A stretch of DNA of 56,748 nucleotides from Thermoplasmatales archaeon SW_10_69_26 (GTDB lineage: Archaea > Thermoplasmatota > SW-10-69-26), in assembly GCA_003009755.1 (NCBI GenBank), contig PXUB01000041.1:1-56748 (forward strand), written 5' to 3'. Positions 26,320 to 35,965 of the stretch are shown here, one piece after another. Position numbers and translations under genes: made by a program. The stretch's first letter is position 1, and every line of letters starts with the position of its first letter. Below the pieces are notes generated by a model. That model saw nothing but the letters and a program-made list of their open reading frames with translations, ran no database searches and was not told where the DNA came from.

Positions 26320-28661
26320 GCCTGGTCCCCCCCGAGGCTGCGGGTGAGACCCTCGTGCCAGGCCTCGTAGGCGGTGTCCGGGTCGAGGGCCGCCAGCCGG
26401 TCGCCGCCGTGGTCGAACACGAGATCGCCCTCGCGCGTCTCGCCGATGCGCTGGGCGTGCAGCCCGGCCTCCTCAAGGTCCGTGATCAGCTCGTCGGCCT
26501 CGTCGGTCTCGAGCACCCAGCGGGTCGGCGTCTCGGCGAACATCGCCGCCGCCGGTTCGGGGTGGACCTGGGTGAGGTCCACCTGGAACCCGGTGTCGCC
26601 GCCGAACGCCATCTCGGCCAGCGCGGCGGCCAGGCCGCCCTCGCTGGGGTCGTGCACGGCGCTGACGCGCCCGTCCTCGACGGCGGAGACGACGGCTTCG
26701 ACGCTGCGGGTCAACGCGTCCAGGTCCACGTCGGGGACCTCGCCGCCGGCCTCGCGCGTCTGGCTGTACACCGAGCCGCCGAACTCGGCCGTGGTGCGGC
26801 CGACGACGACGATGTCGCCGCCCTTGAGGTCCGAGGTCGCGGTGTCGCGCACGTCCTCGACGATGCCGACGCCCAACAGGGAGGGCGTGGCGGGGACGGC
26901 GCCGGCGTGGCTCTCGTTGTACAGGGAGACGTTGCCGCTGGCGAAGGGGATCTCGAGCGCGCGAGCGCCCTCGCCCAGCGCCTCGGCCGAGCGTTCCAGC
27001 TTCCACATCCCCTCCGGCTTCTCGGGGTTGGGGAAGTTCAGGCAGTCGGCGATGGCGTCGGGGCGGGCGCCGGCGCAGGCGAGGTTGCGCGCCAGCTCGT
27101 CGATCGCGGCCAGGGATCCGCGGTAGGGATCGATCGCCGTCAGGGCCGGGTTGAGGCCGGCGGCGATCGCCAGGCCCTGCCAGCTGTCCGGCAGGGGCTT
27201 GACGACGGTGGCGTCGGCGTGCCCGTCGCTGTTGAGCTCGCCGACCCACGGCTCGACGACCGTCGAGGCGCGCACCGTGTGATCGTACTGGCGCAAGAGC
27301 GGGGCGCGGCAGGCCACGTTGTCGTGGCCCAGCACCTCGACGAGCGCCTTGTCCCAGGCCTCGGGGGCCCGCGGCGCCGGGCCCGGGTCGGGCTCCTCCG
27401 GCGCTTGGCTGGGGCGGTCGACCTCGGGGCCCTCGTACACGAACTCGGGGCCGAGCTCGAAGATCGGTTCGCCGTGCCAGCGCGCGGTGATCTGCTCGTC
27501 CTCGGTGGCTTCGCCGAGCTCGACGCACTCGACGTCCCACATGTCGAGGATCTCGCGGACGGCGTCGAGGTTCTCGGGGCTGACCGAGATCATCATGCGT
27601 TCCTGGGACTCGGAGACCCAGATCTCCCAGGGACGCATGCCCTCGGCCTTGCAGTGGACCTCGGAGAGCTCGATGTCGGCGCCGACGCCGGCCTCCTCGC
27701 ACATCTCGCCGACGGCGCACGAGAGCCCGCCGCCGCCCAGATCCTTCATGCCCTCCACGAGGTCAGCCTCGATGCACTCCAGGCAGGCGTGCAGCAGCGG
27801 CTCTTTGGTGATCGGGTCGCCCAGCTGGACGGCGGGGACCTGCTCCTCGCTGTCCTCGTCGAGCTCCTGGCTGGCGAACGTGACCCCGTGGATGCCGTCG
27901 CGGCCGGTCTTGCCGCCGGCCAGCAGCCAGACCGAGCCGGGGTCGCCGGAGGCGGACTCGATGATGTTGTCCCTCTCGCCGATGCCGACGCATCCGACGT
28001 TGACCAGGCAGTTGCTGGTGTAGTCCTCGTGGAAGTGGACCGAGCCGGCGAGGTTCGGGATGCCCACGCGGTTGCCGTAGTCGCTGATGCCGGAGACGAC
28101 ACCGTTCGTCAGGTAGACCGGGTGCTTGATGCCGCCGGGCACCTCGTCCTGGGGCGTGTCGGGCGGGCCGAAGTACAGCTGGTCGGCCAGGGCGACCGGC
28201 TGGCAGCCCATGCACGCGATGTCGCGCAGGATGCCGCCCACGCCGGTCGCGGCGCCGCCGTAGGGTTCGATCGCCGAGGGGTGGTTGTGGGACTCGATGC
28301 GCAGCGCGTACACGTGGTCGTCGTCGAACGCGAGCAGGCCGGCGTCCTGGCGGAGCAGGACGTCGTCGTCCTCGATCCCGAACACGTGCTCGCGCAGCAC
28401 CGGGCGGCTCGTCTTGTAGCAGCAGTGCTCGCTCCAGCCCTGGGCCAGCGCCTCGATCTCGATGAGGCGCGGGTTGCGGCCCAGCTGCTCGAAGTGGTCC
28501 TTGATCGCGGCGAGCTCGGCGGGCGCGAACCCCCAGCCGATCTCGTCGCTGGCCTGCTGGACGTCCTCGATCGGCGCCTCCAGCAGGCGCACGGTTTGGA
28601 CCTCACCCTCGTCGTAGGCGTCCGAGCGGACGGGTGCAAGCACCCCGTCCGGGACGGTCAT
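26316..28661 (-). CDS. purL: Phosphoribosylformylglycinamidine synthase subunit PurL
   Basis: WSEHCCYK, ESHNHPSAIEPYGGAATGVGG, TGRDGIHG, DLGGGGL, SESQERM, SGNVSLYN. Confidence 0.97.
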   Translation of the reverse strand: MTVPDGVLAPVRSDAYDEGEVQTVRLLEAPIEDVQQASDEIGWGFAPAELAAIKDHFEQLGRNPRLIEIEALAQGWSEHCCYKTSRPVLREHVFGIEDDDVLLRQDAGLLAFDDDHVYALRIESHNHPSAIEPYGGAATGVGGILRDIACMGCQPVALADQLYFGPPDTPQDEVPGGIKHPVYLTNGVVSGISDYGNRVGIPNLAGSVHFHEDYTSNCLVNVGCVGIGERDNIIESASGDPGSVWLLAGGKTGRDGIHGVTFASQELDEDSEEQVPAVQLGDPITKEPLLHACLECIEADLVEGMKDLGGGGLSCAVGEMCEEAGVGADIELSEVHCKAEGMRPWEIWVSESQERMMISVSPENLDAVREILDMWDVECVELGEATEDEQITARWHGEPIFELGPEFVYEGPEVDRPSQAPEEPDPGPAPRAPEAWDKALVEVLGHDNVACRAPLLRQYDHTVRASTVVEPWVGELNSDGHADATVVKPLPDSWQGLAIAAGLNPALTAIDPYRGSLAAIDELARNLACAGARPDAIADCLNFPNPEKPEGMWKLERSAEALGEGARALEIPFASGNVSLYNESHAGAVPATPSLLGVGIVEDVRDTATSDLKGGDIVVVGRTTAEFGGSVYSQTREAGGEVPDVDLDALTRSVEAVVSAVEDGRVSAVHDPSEGGLAAALAEMAFGGDTGFQVDLTQVHPEPAAAMFAETPTRWVLETDEADELITDLEEAGLHAQRIGETREGDLVFDHGGDRLAALDPDTAYEAWHEGLTRSLGGDQA

Positions 28662-28906
28662 CGCTCGGTCACCTCGATGTCGTAGGTGTTGACCACGGGG
28701 TTGGCCAGCAGTTGGGTGCACATCTCCTCGACCCGCTGGCGGGCCCCGTCGGCGTCGTCGGCGTCGACCTCGAGTTGGAACGTCTTGGCCGAACGGACCG
28801 CCTCGACCTCGTCGAACCCGAGCAAGTGCAGCGCCTTCTGCGTGTTGGCGCCCTCGGGGTCGGCGACGCCTTCCTTGAAGCCCACCTGGACCTCGGCGAG
28901 GAACAT
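28658..28906 (-). CDS. purS: Phosphoribosylformylglycinamidine synthase subunit PurS
   Basis: K.GV.DPEG.....AL..LGF...V...K.F...MC..LLANPV. Confidence 0.95.
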   Translation of the reverse strand: MFLAEVQVGFKEGVADPEGANTQKALHLLGFDEVEAVRSAKTFQLEVDADDADGARQRVEEMCTQLLANPVVNTYDIEVTER

Positions 28907-29000
28907 CTCGCGCCAGCCAACCCCGGGGCGCGTAAAAAGGCTTCGCGGCGTGCCCGCGTGGACGTGAGCGTCCACGCGCCGCGAACGCGCGAGCCCGACC

Positions 29001-29603
29001 CTAGTCCTCGTCCCGCCAGCGGGTGTAGGCTTCGACGGCGAAGGCGCCGACCGCGGTCAGGCTCAGCCCGGCCAGCGCCGGGTCGACGGGGAGGCCATCG
29101 GTTGACCCCTCGCCGGTCGGCGCCGGGGCCTCGTCGTCCCGCGCCGGGCCCCCGCCCTCCGCTGGAGCCGGTCGCTGGGTGGTGCCGGGCGCCCCGGCGG
29201 GGGACCGATCGCCCCGATCGGGGCGGGCAGCCTCCTCGCGGTCCTCGCCGCCCGGTGGGCCGGTCTCGTTGGATGCCTGCCAGGGACGGTCGACGGGCAC
29301 GAGCAGGCCGGTCCCGTTGGCGGCGACGAGCAGCCGCCCTTCGCCCTGGACGGTCAGCGTCGTCACGTTGGTGTACCCACGCCAGGAGCTCGAGCGTTCG
29401 AGGATGCGACCTTCGCCCGAAAGCGGCTCGCCTCCGAGCGTGAGGTTGCCACCGAGGGCGCGGACGTGGATGGCGTCGGGCGAACGCACGCGCAGCTCTC
29501 GACCGTCGCCCTCCGCGGCGTCGTGCACCAGGCTCACCGCTTGCCCGCCGGTCGAGGTGACCACGAGGACCAGCAGGGCTCCCAGCAGCGCGTGAGGCCT
29601 CAG
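29001..29603 (-). CDS. Hypothetical membrane-anchored surface protein
   Basis: 3' part of the 29001-30596 ORF: signal-like ALLGALLVLVVTSTGGQA, sequons, P/G linker, C-terminal TM followed by RWRDED. Probable CTG start overlapping the upstream TGA. Confidence 0.55.
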   Translation of the reverse strand: MRPHALLGALLVLVVTSTGGQAVSLVHDAAEGDGRELRVRSPDAIHVRALGGNLTLGGEPLSGEGRILERSSSWRGYTNVTTLTVQGEGRLLVAANGTGLLVPVDRPWQASNETGPPGGEDREEAARPDRGDRSPAGAPGTTQRPAPAEGGGPARDDEAPAPTGEGSTDGLPVDPALAGLSLTAVGAFAVEAYTRWRDED

Positions 29604-31927
29604 GGGACCACCCCGGCGACCGTGAGCTCGAGCCGAGCCTGGCCGGGCTCGTGAGCCTCCAGCTCGACGGGGAGACCGCGGGTCTGTCCCGGCCCGAGGC
29701 TGAAGCCCAGCGCTCGGCCCTCGGGGACCCACGTGGTCCCGTTCCCGGCCCGGGCGGAGACGTTGGCCTCGGTGGCGAGCTGGATCTGGACCCCCTCGAG
29801 GGCGAGGTTGCCGAGGTTCGTGACGTTCACCTCGACGGTGCGAGGCTCCCCGGCGTCCAGCTGGAGGGCCTCGGGGCCGTCGACGCCGAGGCGCACGATC
29901 TCGCCGACGTGAACGGGGACCTCGTGCACCCGCCCGTCGTCGAGGTGTAGTTGGACCGCGTACCGGCCGGGCGTCGAGCCGGCTGGGACCTGGAGCTTGG
30001 TCAGCCCCTCCTCGGGGCGTTGGATCGACCAATCGGGGTCCCCGGGCCCGGCGAGCTGGACCTGGGAGACGTTCACGGGACCGGTGTTCGGATCGTAGGC
30101 ATCGTGGACGAGCGCGAGCTCGTGCGCCCCGGCGGGATGGACGAGCACGGGCGTCGTCGTCGCCACCCCGTCGAGCACCGGGTGGACGTCGACCTGGGCG
30201 GGTCGCTGGGGGACCGTGCGGGTGAGGGTGGCCGCCGAGGTCGGTGGGGCCTGGCTGGTGTTGAGCGAGGCCTCCACGGTGAGGGTGCTCTGCGCGGGCA
30301 GCTCGGGCAGGTCGGGCCGCCAAGCGCCGGCCTCGGCGAGGGTCTGGTTCGCGATCGAGGTCCCGTTGCGTGCGAGGCGGAGATCGAGGTGGGCCTCGTC
30401 GGGGACGTTGGTCGTCGCCACGTCGACCGGCCAGGGCTCGTGGGCGCGGGGCGGGCCGGCGTCGAGCTGCACCCGGTAGAGCTCGAAGGGGGCCGTCGCG
30501 AGGAGATCGCCGGAGGCAGCCTCGTACACCGACAGACGGTAGTCGCGGAGCTGGGCCTCGCTGGGCGGCTGGACGTGGACCGGCACCCGCGCCCACCCAG
30601 GCCCGATCGTGGCGGGCTCGTCCGCGGGCCAGGTGACCGTGCTCGTCGGCGCGGTGCCGTTGCTGGCGCCCGCGTGGGAACCGATCTCGACCGCGAAGCC
30701 CTCGGCCTCGGCCGACCCGTACCGGGCGCCCTTGTAGACGGTCCAGCTCACGTCGGGTAGGCCCTCGATCGGGCCCGGGTCCATCGGGGTGGAGCCGAAG
30801 TTGGGGTCCTCGATCGTGAGGTTGCCCTGCCAGCCGCGGTCCTCGCGGGTCGTGCGATCGGGGCCGGACAGGGTCGTGGTGGCGGTGCGGTCGGGGACGT
30901 GCACGGTGCGCTTGGTCTGGGCCTCGCCGGCGCGTGCCTGGACTTGGAGGGGGCCCGCGGGGAGGGGGGCGTGGGCGAAGGTGTGCTCGGCGACGCCGTC
31001 ACCGTCGGCGGTCACGATCGTCTCGGCCAGCGGGATCGCCTCGTCGTTGGCTGGGCGTGTGACGGTGACGTTGACGTGGTCGGTGCCGTCGGCTTGGATC
31101 CGCGTCGTGATCGTCTCGCCAGGGGCCTTGTGCTTGCCATCCTCGTTCACCGGGTCCTCGGTCAACGAGAGGCTGGCGTTGGCCCGGTCGACGACGAGAT
31201 CGATCGCCAGCGTGTCGCCATCGGGGGGTTCGGGGACGGTCACCTGCGTGGAACCGTTCCAGGCGTGCACGCGCGGACCGGTGGCCTCGGCCGTGATCGT
31301 ATAGGTTCCGCTGCCTTGCAGGGCCAACAGCTCGCGCGTGGCTGTGGAACCGTCGGCGGTGAGCTGGAGGGGATCGGGCTGGAAGCCGCGGGTCCCGTCG
31401 ACGAGGTGGGCTTCGAGAGCGAGGTCGACCTGGGCCTGGTCGAGGTTCCGCGGGGTCAAGGTGACGTTCAGCGGGAACCGGTAGCCCTCGGCTGTGCCCG
31501 CGGCGAGGCTGCCGGCGAGCTCGTCGGGTTGCACGGTCAACGCGTCGGTCCACGTGTCCGATCGACCCACGGCAGGATCGGCGTGGACCTCGATCGGCCA
31601 CGTTCGAGGCTCGCGGGGCTGGCAATGCAGTTGGGTCCGGGCTCGCCCCGTCGCGGGATCGAGTTGCAGGCGCTTGTCGGCCAGCCGGCAGCCGGCCTCC
31701 TCGCCGGTGGCGAGCTCGAGTTCGACCTCGCCCGGGCCGGGCGCGGGCTCGTCGGCCATTTGGCGTTGCACGGTGAGCGTGGTGGTCTGCTCGGCCCCGG
31801 CCGGCATCGGAGCCAACGGCTCGCCGTCGAGGGACACCTCGAGAGGTGAGGCTTGCTGGGCGGGATCCAGCGCTTGGGAGAGGGCGGGCGCTGCCGTGAG
31901 CGTGAGGACGAGCACGAGGACGCGCAT
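29600..31927 (-). CDS. Secreted multi-Ig-like-domain hypothetical protein
   Basis: Signal peptide MRVLVLVLTLTAAPALSQA; beta-rich domains; C-terminal VNVTNLGN...LGPGQTR CARDB-like motif. Confidence 0.7.
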   Translation of the reverse strand: MRVLVLVLTLTAAPALSQALDPAQQASPLEVSLDGEPLAPMPAGAEQTTTLTVQRQMADEPAPGPGEVELELATGEEAGCRLADKRLQLDPATGRARTQLHCQPREPRTWPIEVHADPAVGRSDTWTDALTVQPDELAGSLAAGTAEGYRFPLNVTLTPRNLDQAQVDLALEAHLVDGTRGFQPDPLQLTADGSTATRELLALQGSGTYTITAEATGPRVHAWNGSTQVTVPEPPDGDTLAIDLVVDRANASLSLTEDPVNEDGKHKAPGETITTRIQADGTDHVNVTVTRPANDEAIPLAETIVTADGDGVAEHTFAHAPLPAGPLQVQARAGEAQTKRTVHVPDRTATTTLSGPDRTTREDRGWQGNLTIEDPNFGSTPMDPGPIEGLPDVSWTVYKGARYGSAEAEGFAVEIGSHAGASNGTAPTSTVTWPADEPATIGPGWARVPVHVQPPSEAQLRDYRLSVYEAASGDLLATAPFELYRVQLDAGPPRAHEPWPVDVATTNVPDEAHLDLRLARNGTSIANQTLAEAGAWRPDLPELPAQSTLTVEASLNTSQAPPTSAATLTRTVPQRPAQVDVHPVLDGVATTTPVLVHPAGAHELALVHDAYDPNTGPVNVSQVQLAGPGDPDWSIQRPEEGLTKLQVPAGSTPGRYAVQLHLDDGRVHEVPVHVGEIVRLGVDGPEALQLDAGEPRTVEVNVTNLGNLALEGVQIQLATEANVSARAGNGTTWVPEGRALGFSLGPGQTRGLPVELEAHEPGQARLELTVAGVVP

Positions 31928-32339
31928 ACCGGCGCGGGCTCGGCGCAGACCATGGGCGTTGTCCGGGCCCAATGTGCCCGGGTCATGCTGCCTGCGGATC
32001 GGCAGATCAGCTGCCGCTGGCGCGCTCGCGCAGCCGGCGTTCGCACTCTGTGGGGCCCCGCGATCGTCGCATCCTGGAGACCGTCGACCAGAGCTTTTCC
32101 GATGGGGAGCTCATCGCCAGGCGTGCCCTCGCGGCGAACCGCCTACCCGTCGACCGTGCTGGAGGACGTGCAGGCCCAAGCCCAGCAGGCCGAGAGCGTG
32201 CTCCAGGAGGCCCTGAACCGGCTCGAGCAGGAGACCGTCGAGGACGTCAACCGCGCCGACGGACTCCCTGGCCGAGGTCGAGGCTCTCGTCGAGGAGATG
32301 CTCGCCGAGGAGTGAACAACCTCGACTGCCCGACGCACG

Positions 32340-32730
32340 GAAGAGGTCGGCGTGCCCGCGTTCCCGATGGTGACGGGGTCCCGCGGCGTGCACGTGCTGG
32401 TGCCCGTCGAACCGGTGACCGAGCGCGAGCACGTCAAGGCCTTCGCGAACCAGCTCGCCGACGTGCTCGTCGGCCGCGACCAGGAGGCCTACACGAGCAC
32501 GCTGGCCAAGGCCGGCCGCGGCCAGCGACTGTTCGTCGACACGCTGTGCAACGCGCGCTCGCAGACGACCATCTGCCCCTAAGCCCACGCGCCAACCCCG
32601 GGCGCTCCCGTCGCGACACCGATCACGCGCGAGGAGCTGGCCGACGAGGACATGCGCCCGGACGCGTTCACGATCGCAACCTTCGCCAAACGGCTCGCCG
32701 AGCCGGACCCGTGGGCCGGTTGGCGGGACG
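32340..32730 (+). pseudogene. LigD-type NHEJ primase-polymerase (PolDom) C-terminal fragment with an internal stop
   Basis: MVTGSRGVHVLVP...KAFA..LA......RLFVD.L.NA..QT.ICP*...PGAPVATPI..EEL....PDAFTI......DPWAG; TAA at 32580-32582 where a Tyr is expected. Confidence 0.8.
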
Positions 32731-33313
32731 AGGCGATCCGGTTGACGGCCCAGCCCAGCTATGTCGCCCGGTCACGGGACGTGGTGGGCCCGGTGCTGGT
32801 GTTCGCGCTCGACCCGGAGACCGCCGGGGAGCTCGAGGGGCGGGCGGGAACCGAGGTCAAGACGTCCTACCGGGACGCCGATCACGACGACGAGGAGACG
32901 ATCGAGGAGCTGGCGGTGCTGGAGGAGATCCTGGTGGATCCCCAGGTCGAGCAGGCGCCTTTCACGCAGCTCGCCTCGAGATCCGTGGGAGAGACCTGTT
33001 CTGCACTCGGTGGCTCCTGCACGCGGCAGGTCGTCGAGTCCTGGATCAGCAAGGCCTCGAACCGGGCCGGGCGGTCGCTCAACTCGCGGCCCCCAAGCTC
33101 GCTGAGCTCGGTGATGCCACGTTACGCACGCTTGGGGGAACGCGACGAGTTCGGGCAGTTTAGCCGACGGTGCCTGGATCCTGACCCTTCGGCAAGAAGG
33201 TGCCTTTAACCTCCGGCCGCCCCCGGATTTATCTGTCAGTCGGTGGACGGACGCTGATGCTGATGGTGGAAAGGGGATTCCGGCGGCTTTGGCGGCCGCC
33301 TCGCGTCGGCGCC

Positions 33314-33712
33314 TCATTCGGACTCTCGCTCCTCGTCGAGGCGAGCGATCAACGCGGCGCCCGTCTCGACCAGTGGAGTGGAATCGTCGACGGACAGCCC
33401 CGGGCCGCCGGCTCCGGGGTAGCGCTCCTCGCGGTAGGCTTGGGTAGCGATCTCGCAAACGCGACGCTGCTGGGAGAGGTGCGCGAGGTGCTCGGCGGCT
33501 TCGTCGAGGAGGTAGCCGAGGTCGTGGGTACGCTCGAGCGTCCAGCCGGTGCTCAACAGGTAGCCCTTCAGCGCCTTCTCGATGGCTTGCTGGAGTTGGG
33601 CCAGGACCACGCGGGCGGGGACATCGCTGGCCATGCTGAGCACGCGGGCCGCCTGGAGGTCCCCGTCGGCTCGCTGGAACCACTCGTCCACGTACTCGGG
33701 GTCAGGCGGCAC
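33314..33712 (-). CDS. HEPN domain protein
   Basis: EWF..A..DL..A, QQAIEKALKGYL, RTHDL..LL, RYP. Confidence 0.9.
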   Translation of the reverse strand: MPPDPEYVDEWFQRADGDLQAARVLSMASDVPARVVLAQLQQAIEKALKGYLLSTGWTLERTHDLGYLLDEAAEHLAHLSQQRRVCEIATQAYREERYPGAGGPGLSVDDSTPLVETGAALIARLDEERESE

Positions 33713-34031
33713 TGAGCCGTCGCCCCCGGTCGAGGATCTCCTCGATGAACGGGTCCCCGATCTCGCGTCGCTCGTCGAGCTCGTCGGGGGTGAGCACGAG
33801 GACGTCGAAGGGGACCCGCTGGCGGTCGCCGGCCAGGAGGTTGCGGAATCGAAGCCAGCGCTCGGTCCCCTCCTCGTCGGTGTGCGCCACGATGAGGAGG
33901 TCTACGTCCGAGTCCTCGTCGGGGCTGCCCCAGGCGTGGGAGCCGTAGAGGATCACGGTCTCGACGTCGGGCTGGTCCGCCAACCTCTGGGCGGCCTCGT
34001 CGAGGAACCGTTGCACCGACGACCGGCTCAT
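33702..34031 (-). CDS. Minimal nucleotidyltransferase (MNT) antitoxin
   Basis: VILYGSHAWG....DSDVDLLIV (GSx10DxD), DVLVLTP.E, F..EI...G; overlaps the HEPN start. Confidence 0.9.
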   Translation of the reverse strand: MSRSSVQRFLDEAAQRLADQPDVETVILYGSHAWGSPDEDSDVDLLIVAHTDEEGTERWLRFRNLLAGDRQRVPFDVLVLTPDELDERREIGDPFIEEILDRGRRLSAA

Positions 34032-34314
34032 CGAATCCGTCGTAGGCGGTCCCGAGACTTAAGGGTGTCTTTCCGTCCGGTATCAGGTGTAGACCGCCAT
34101 CGGGCGGCGGGGATCAGACGTTCTCACACGGCCGCACGTTCCCCTCTTCCCGACCTCGCCCGCCGTCGCTCCCAACCGAGACGACTGAGCCAGCGTGTCC
34201 GCCGTTCCCTGCGGGTCCGCCGTCGCCGCCGTCTTGACCATCCTCGCCGGCTGGGCCCGGGAGAGTGCCGGCCCCGCCGTCAGCTCTCTGCACGATCTGG
34301 GTGGACGCTTAGAG

Positions 34315-34388
34315 AGCCACCGGAGGGATTCGAACCCTCGACCCGCTCCTTACAAGGGAGCTGCTCTCCCGGACTGAGCTACGGTGGC
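34315..34388 (-). tRNA. tRNA-Thr(UGU)
   Basis: Reverse complement GCCACCGTAGCTCAGTCCGGGAGAGCAGCTCC-CTTGTAA-GGAGCGGGTCGAGGGTTCGAATCCCTCCGGTGGCT; anticodon TGT. Confidence 0.95.
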
Positions 34389-34585
34389 GAGGCCCAGCTT
34401 CGCGAAGCAGCGACCCCTATTTGAGGCCGGTGGTCGGGGGTTCGCGGTCAGCGGTAACAGTGCCCCGGTGGGCCGCGGTCCATCGTCCCGGCCCAGAGGC
34501 CGACCGACGCGGGTTGTCGTGTCCTCACGGCTCGTCGGCCGGTCCCGAGTCGCCAGCGCCTGCCAAGGCCCGCCTGGGCGGTCCG

Positions 34586-35392
34586 TCAACGGTCGGGGAC
34601 GCGACCGTCCAGCACGTAGTGGCCCAGCGCGGGGTTGTAGTTCCGCACCTGCACGATCCCGTCGAGCTGGAGGCCATGTTCGTCGGCGAGCTCGCGGGCC
34701 TGCTCCTCGTAGTGATCCATCTCCAGGATGCAGGCCAAATGGACCCGGCCGCCGGGCTCGAGCACGGTGGCGGCTTCCTCGAGGTGGTCACCGCCGGTGT
34801 GGGGGAGGTTCATCACGACGCGGTCGAACGTGGTGTCGAGGGCGGGCACCAACTGGGCGGCGTCGGCGGTCGCCAGCTGCACGCGGTCGGCGACCCTGTT
34901 CGTGTCCGCGTTGGCGCGTGCAAGGTCCACGGCGCGCGGGTTGGCGTCGATGCCGAGCACCTCGGCTCCCTGCTTGGCCAACAGCACCGCATAGGGTCCC
35001 ACGCCGGTGTACATGTCGAGCACGCGCTCGCCCGCTTCGACCTGCTCGCTCACGCGGGCGCGCTCGTGAGCCAGCCGCGGCGAGAAGTAGGTCTGCTGGA
35101 GGTCGACCCGCAGCCGGCAGCCGTTCTCCTTCTGCAGCGTGACGAGATCCCCCCGGCCACCGATGACCTCGAGATCCCGCGTGCGCAGGTCGCCTTGGAC
35201 GCCGCGGTCGACGGCCGCGGTCGCGGCCGGCGGCACGGCTTCCACGAGGGCTCGACCGATCTCGTCGAGGTAGGGCTCGACCTCCTCGGGGAGGCGGACG
35301 ATGACGACGTCGCCCACGACGTCGTAGCCGCGGGGAAGCTGCTCGCGGACGTCGGCGGGGACGTCGGCGTGCTCGCGCCAGGAGGAACCCAT
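34586..35392 (-). CDS. trm5: Trm5/Met10-family tRNA (guanine-37-N1) methyltransferase
   Basis: YDVVGDV, R.LEVIGG, KENGC..RVD....YFSPRL..ER, VLDMY.GVGPYA, DANP.A, DRVVMNLP. Confidence 0.8.
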   Translation of the reverse strand: MGSSWREHADVPADVREQLPRGYDVVGDVVIVRLPEEVEPYLDEIGRALVEAVPPAATAAVDRGVQGDLRTRDLEVIGGRGDLVTLQKENGCRLRVDLQQTYFSPRLAHERARVSEQVEAGERVLDMYTGVGPYAVLLAKQGAEVLGIDANPRAVDLARANADTNRVADRVQLATADAAQLVPALDTTFDRVVMNLPHTGGDHLEEAATVLEPGGRVHLACILEMDHYEEQARELADEHGLQLDGIVQVRNYNPALGHYVLDGRVPDR

Positions 35393-35432
35393 CGCGTCGG
35401 CGTAGCCGAGATGGGCCCTTGAACGGTGGGGT

Positions 35433-35852
35433 CTAGGCCTCGTTCGCGGCGGGCTCGGCCGTGTCCAGCGTCGGGACCCGAGCCAAAAGCACGGTCGCGG
35501 TGACGAGCACGGCGGCCAGCACGCCCGTGACGACCAGGTTGCCGGACAGGTAGGCCGAGAGCGGGATCGAGACCCACAGCAACGCGATCGCGGCCCACTT
35601 GGCCCGCCGTGGGAGGGCTCGGTGCTCCTCCCAGGCCGCAAGCGGGGGCCCGAAGGTGTCGTGCTCGTGCAGCCACTCGTTGAGCCGCGGCGAGCTGCGG
35701 GCGAAGCAGGCCGAGGCCACCAGCAGGAACGGCGTCGTCGGTAACAGAGGCAACACGACGCCGAGGAACCCGATCCCGACGGCGAGCAACCCGACGCCTC
35801 GCAGCACGTAGCGGCGGGTGCGGTCGACGACGTGACAGGAGGCCTCGCTCAC
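35433..35852 (-). CDS. YbaN / DUF454 family membrane protein
   Basis: GIGFLGVVLPLLPTTPFLL.AS.CFARSSPRL..WL..H..FGP....W......P.RAK. Confidence 0.9.
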   Translation of the reverse strand: MSEASCHVVDRTRRYVLRGVGLLAVGIGFLGVVLPLLPTTPFLLVASACFARSSPRLNEWLHEHDTFGPPLAAWEEHRALPRRAKWAAIALLWVSIPLSAYLSGNLVVTGVLAAVLVTATVLLARVPTLDTAEPAANEA

Positions 35853-35965
35853 GGAGGGACGTGAGGCGGCCGCCAGGATAAGCTGACCGCTGGCGGGTCG
35901 ACATGTCCACCCTGGCGGTGAAGGGCGAGCGCGGCGTTTACGTGCGGGGGGTGGATGCCTGGCCG

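Noticed and set aside
32040-32320. PhoU-like helical gene fragment
   Set aside because: Too short and frameshifted to assign from sequence alone.
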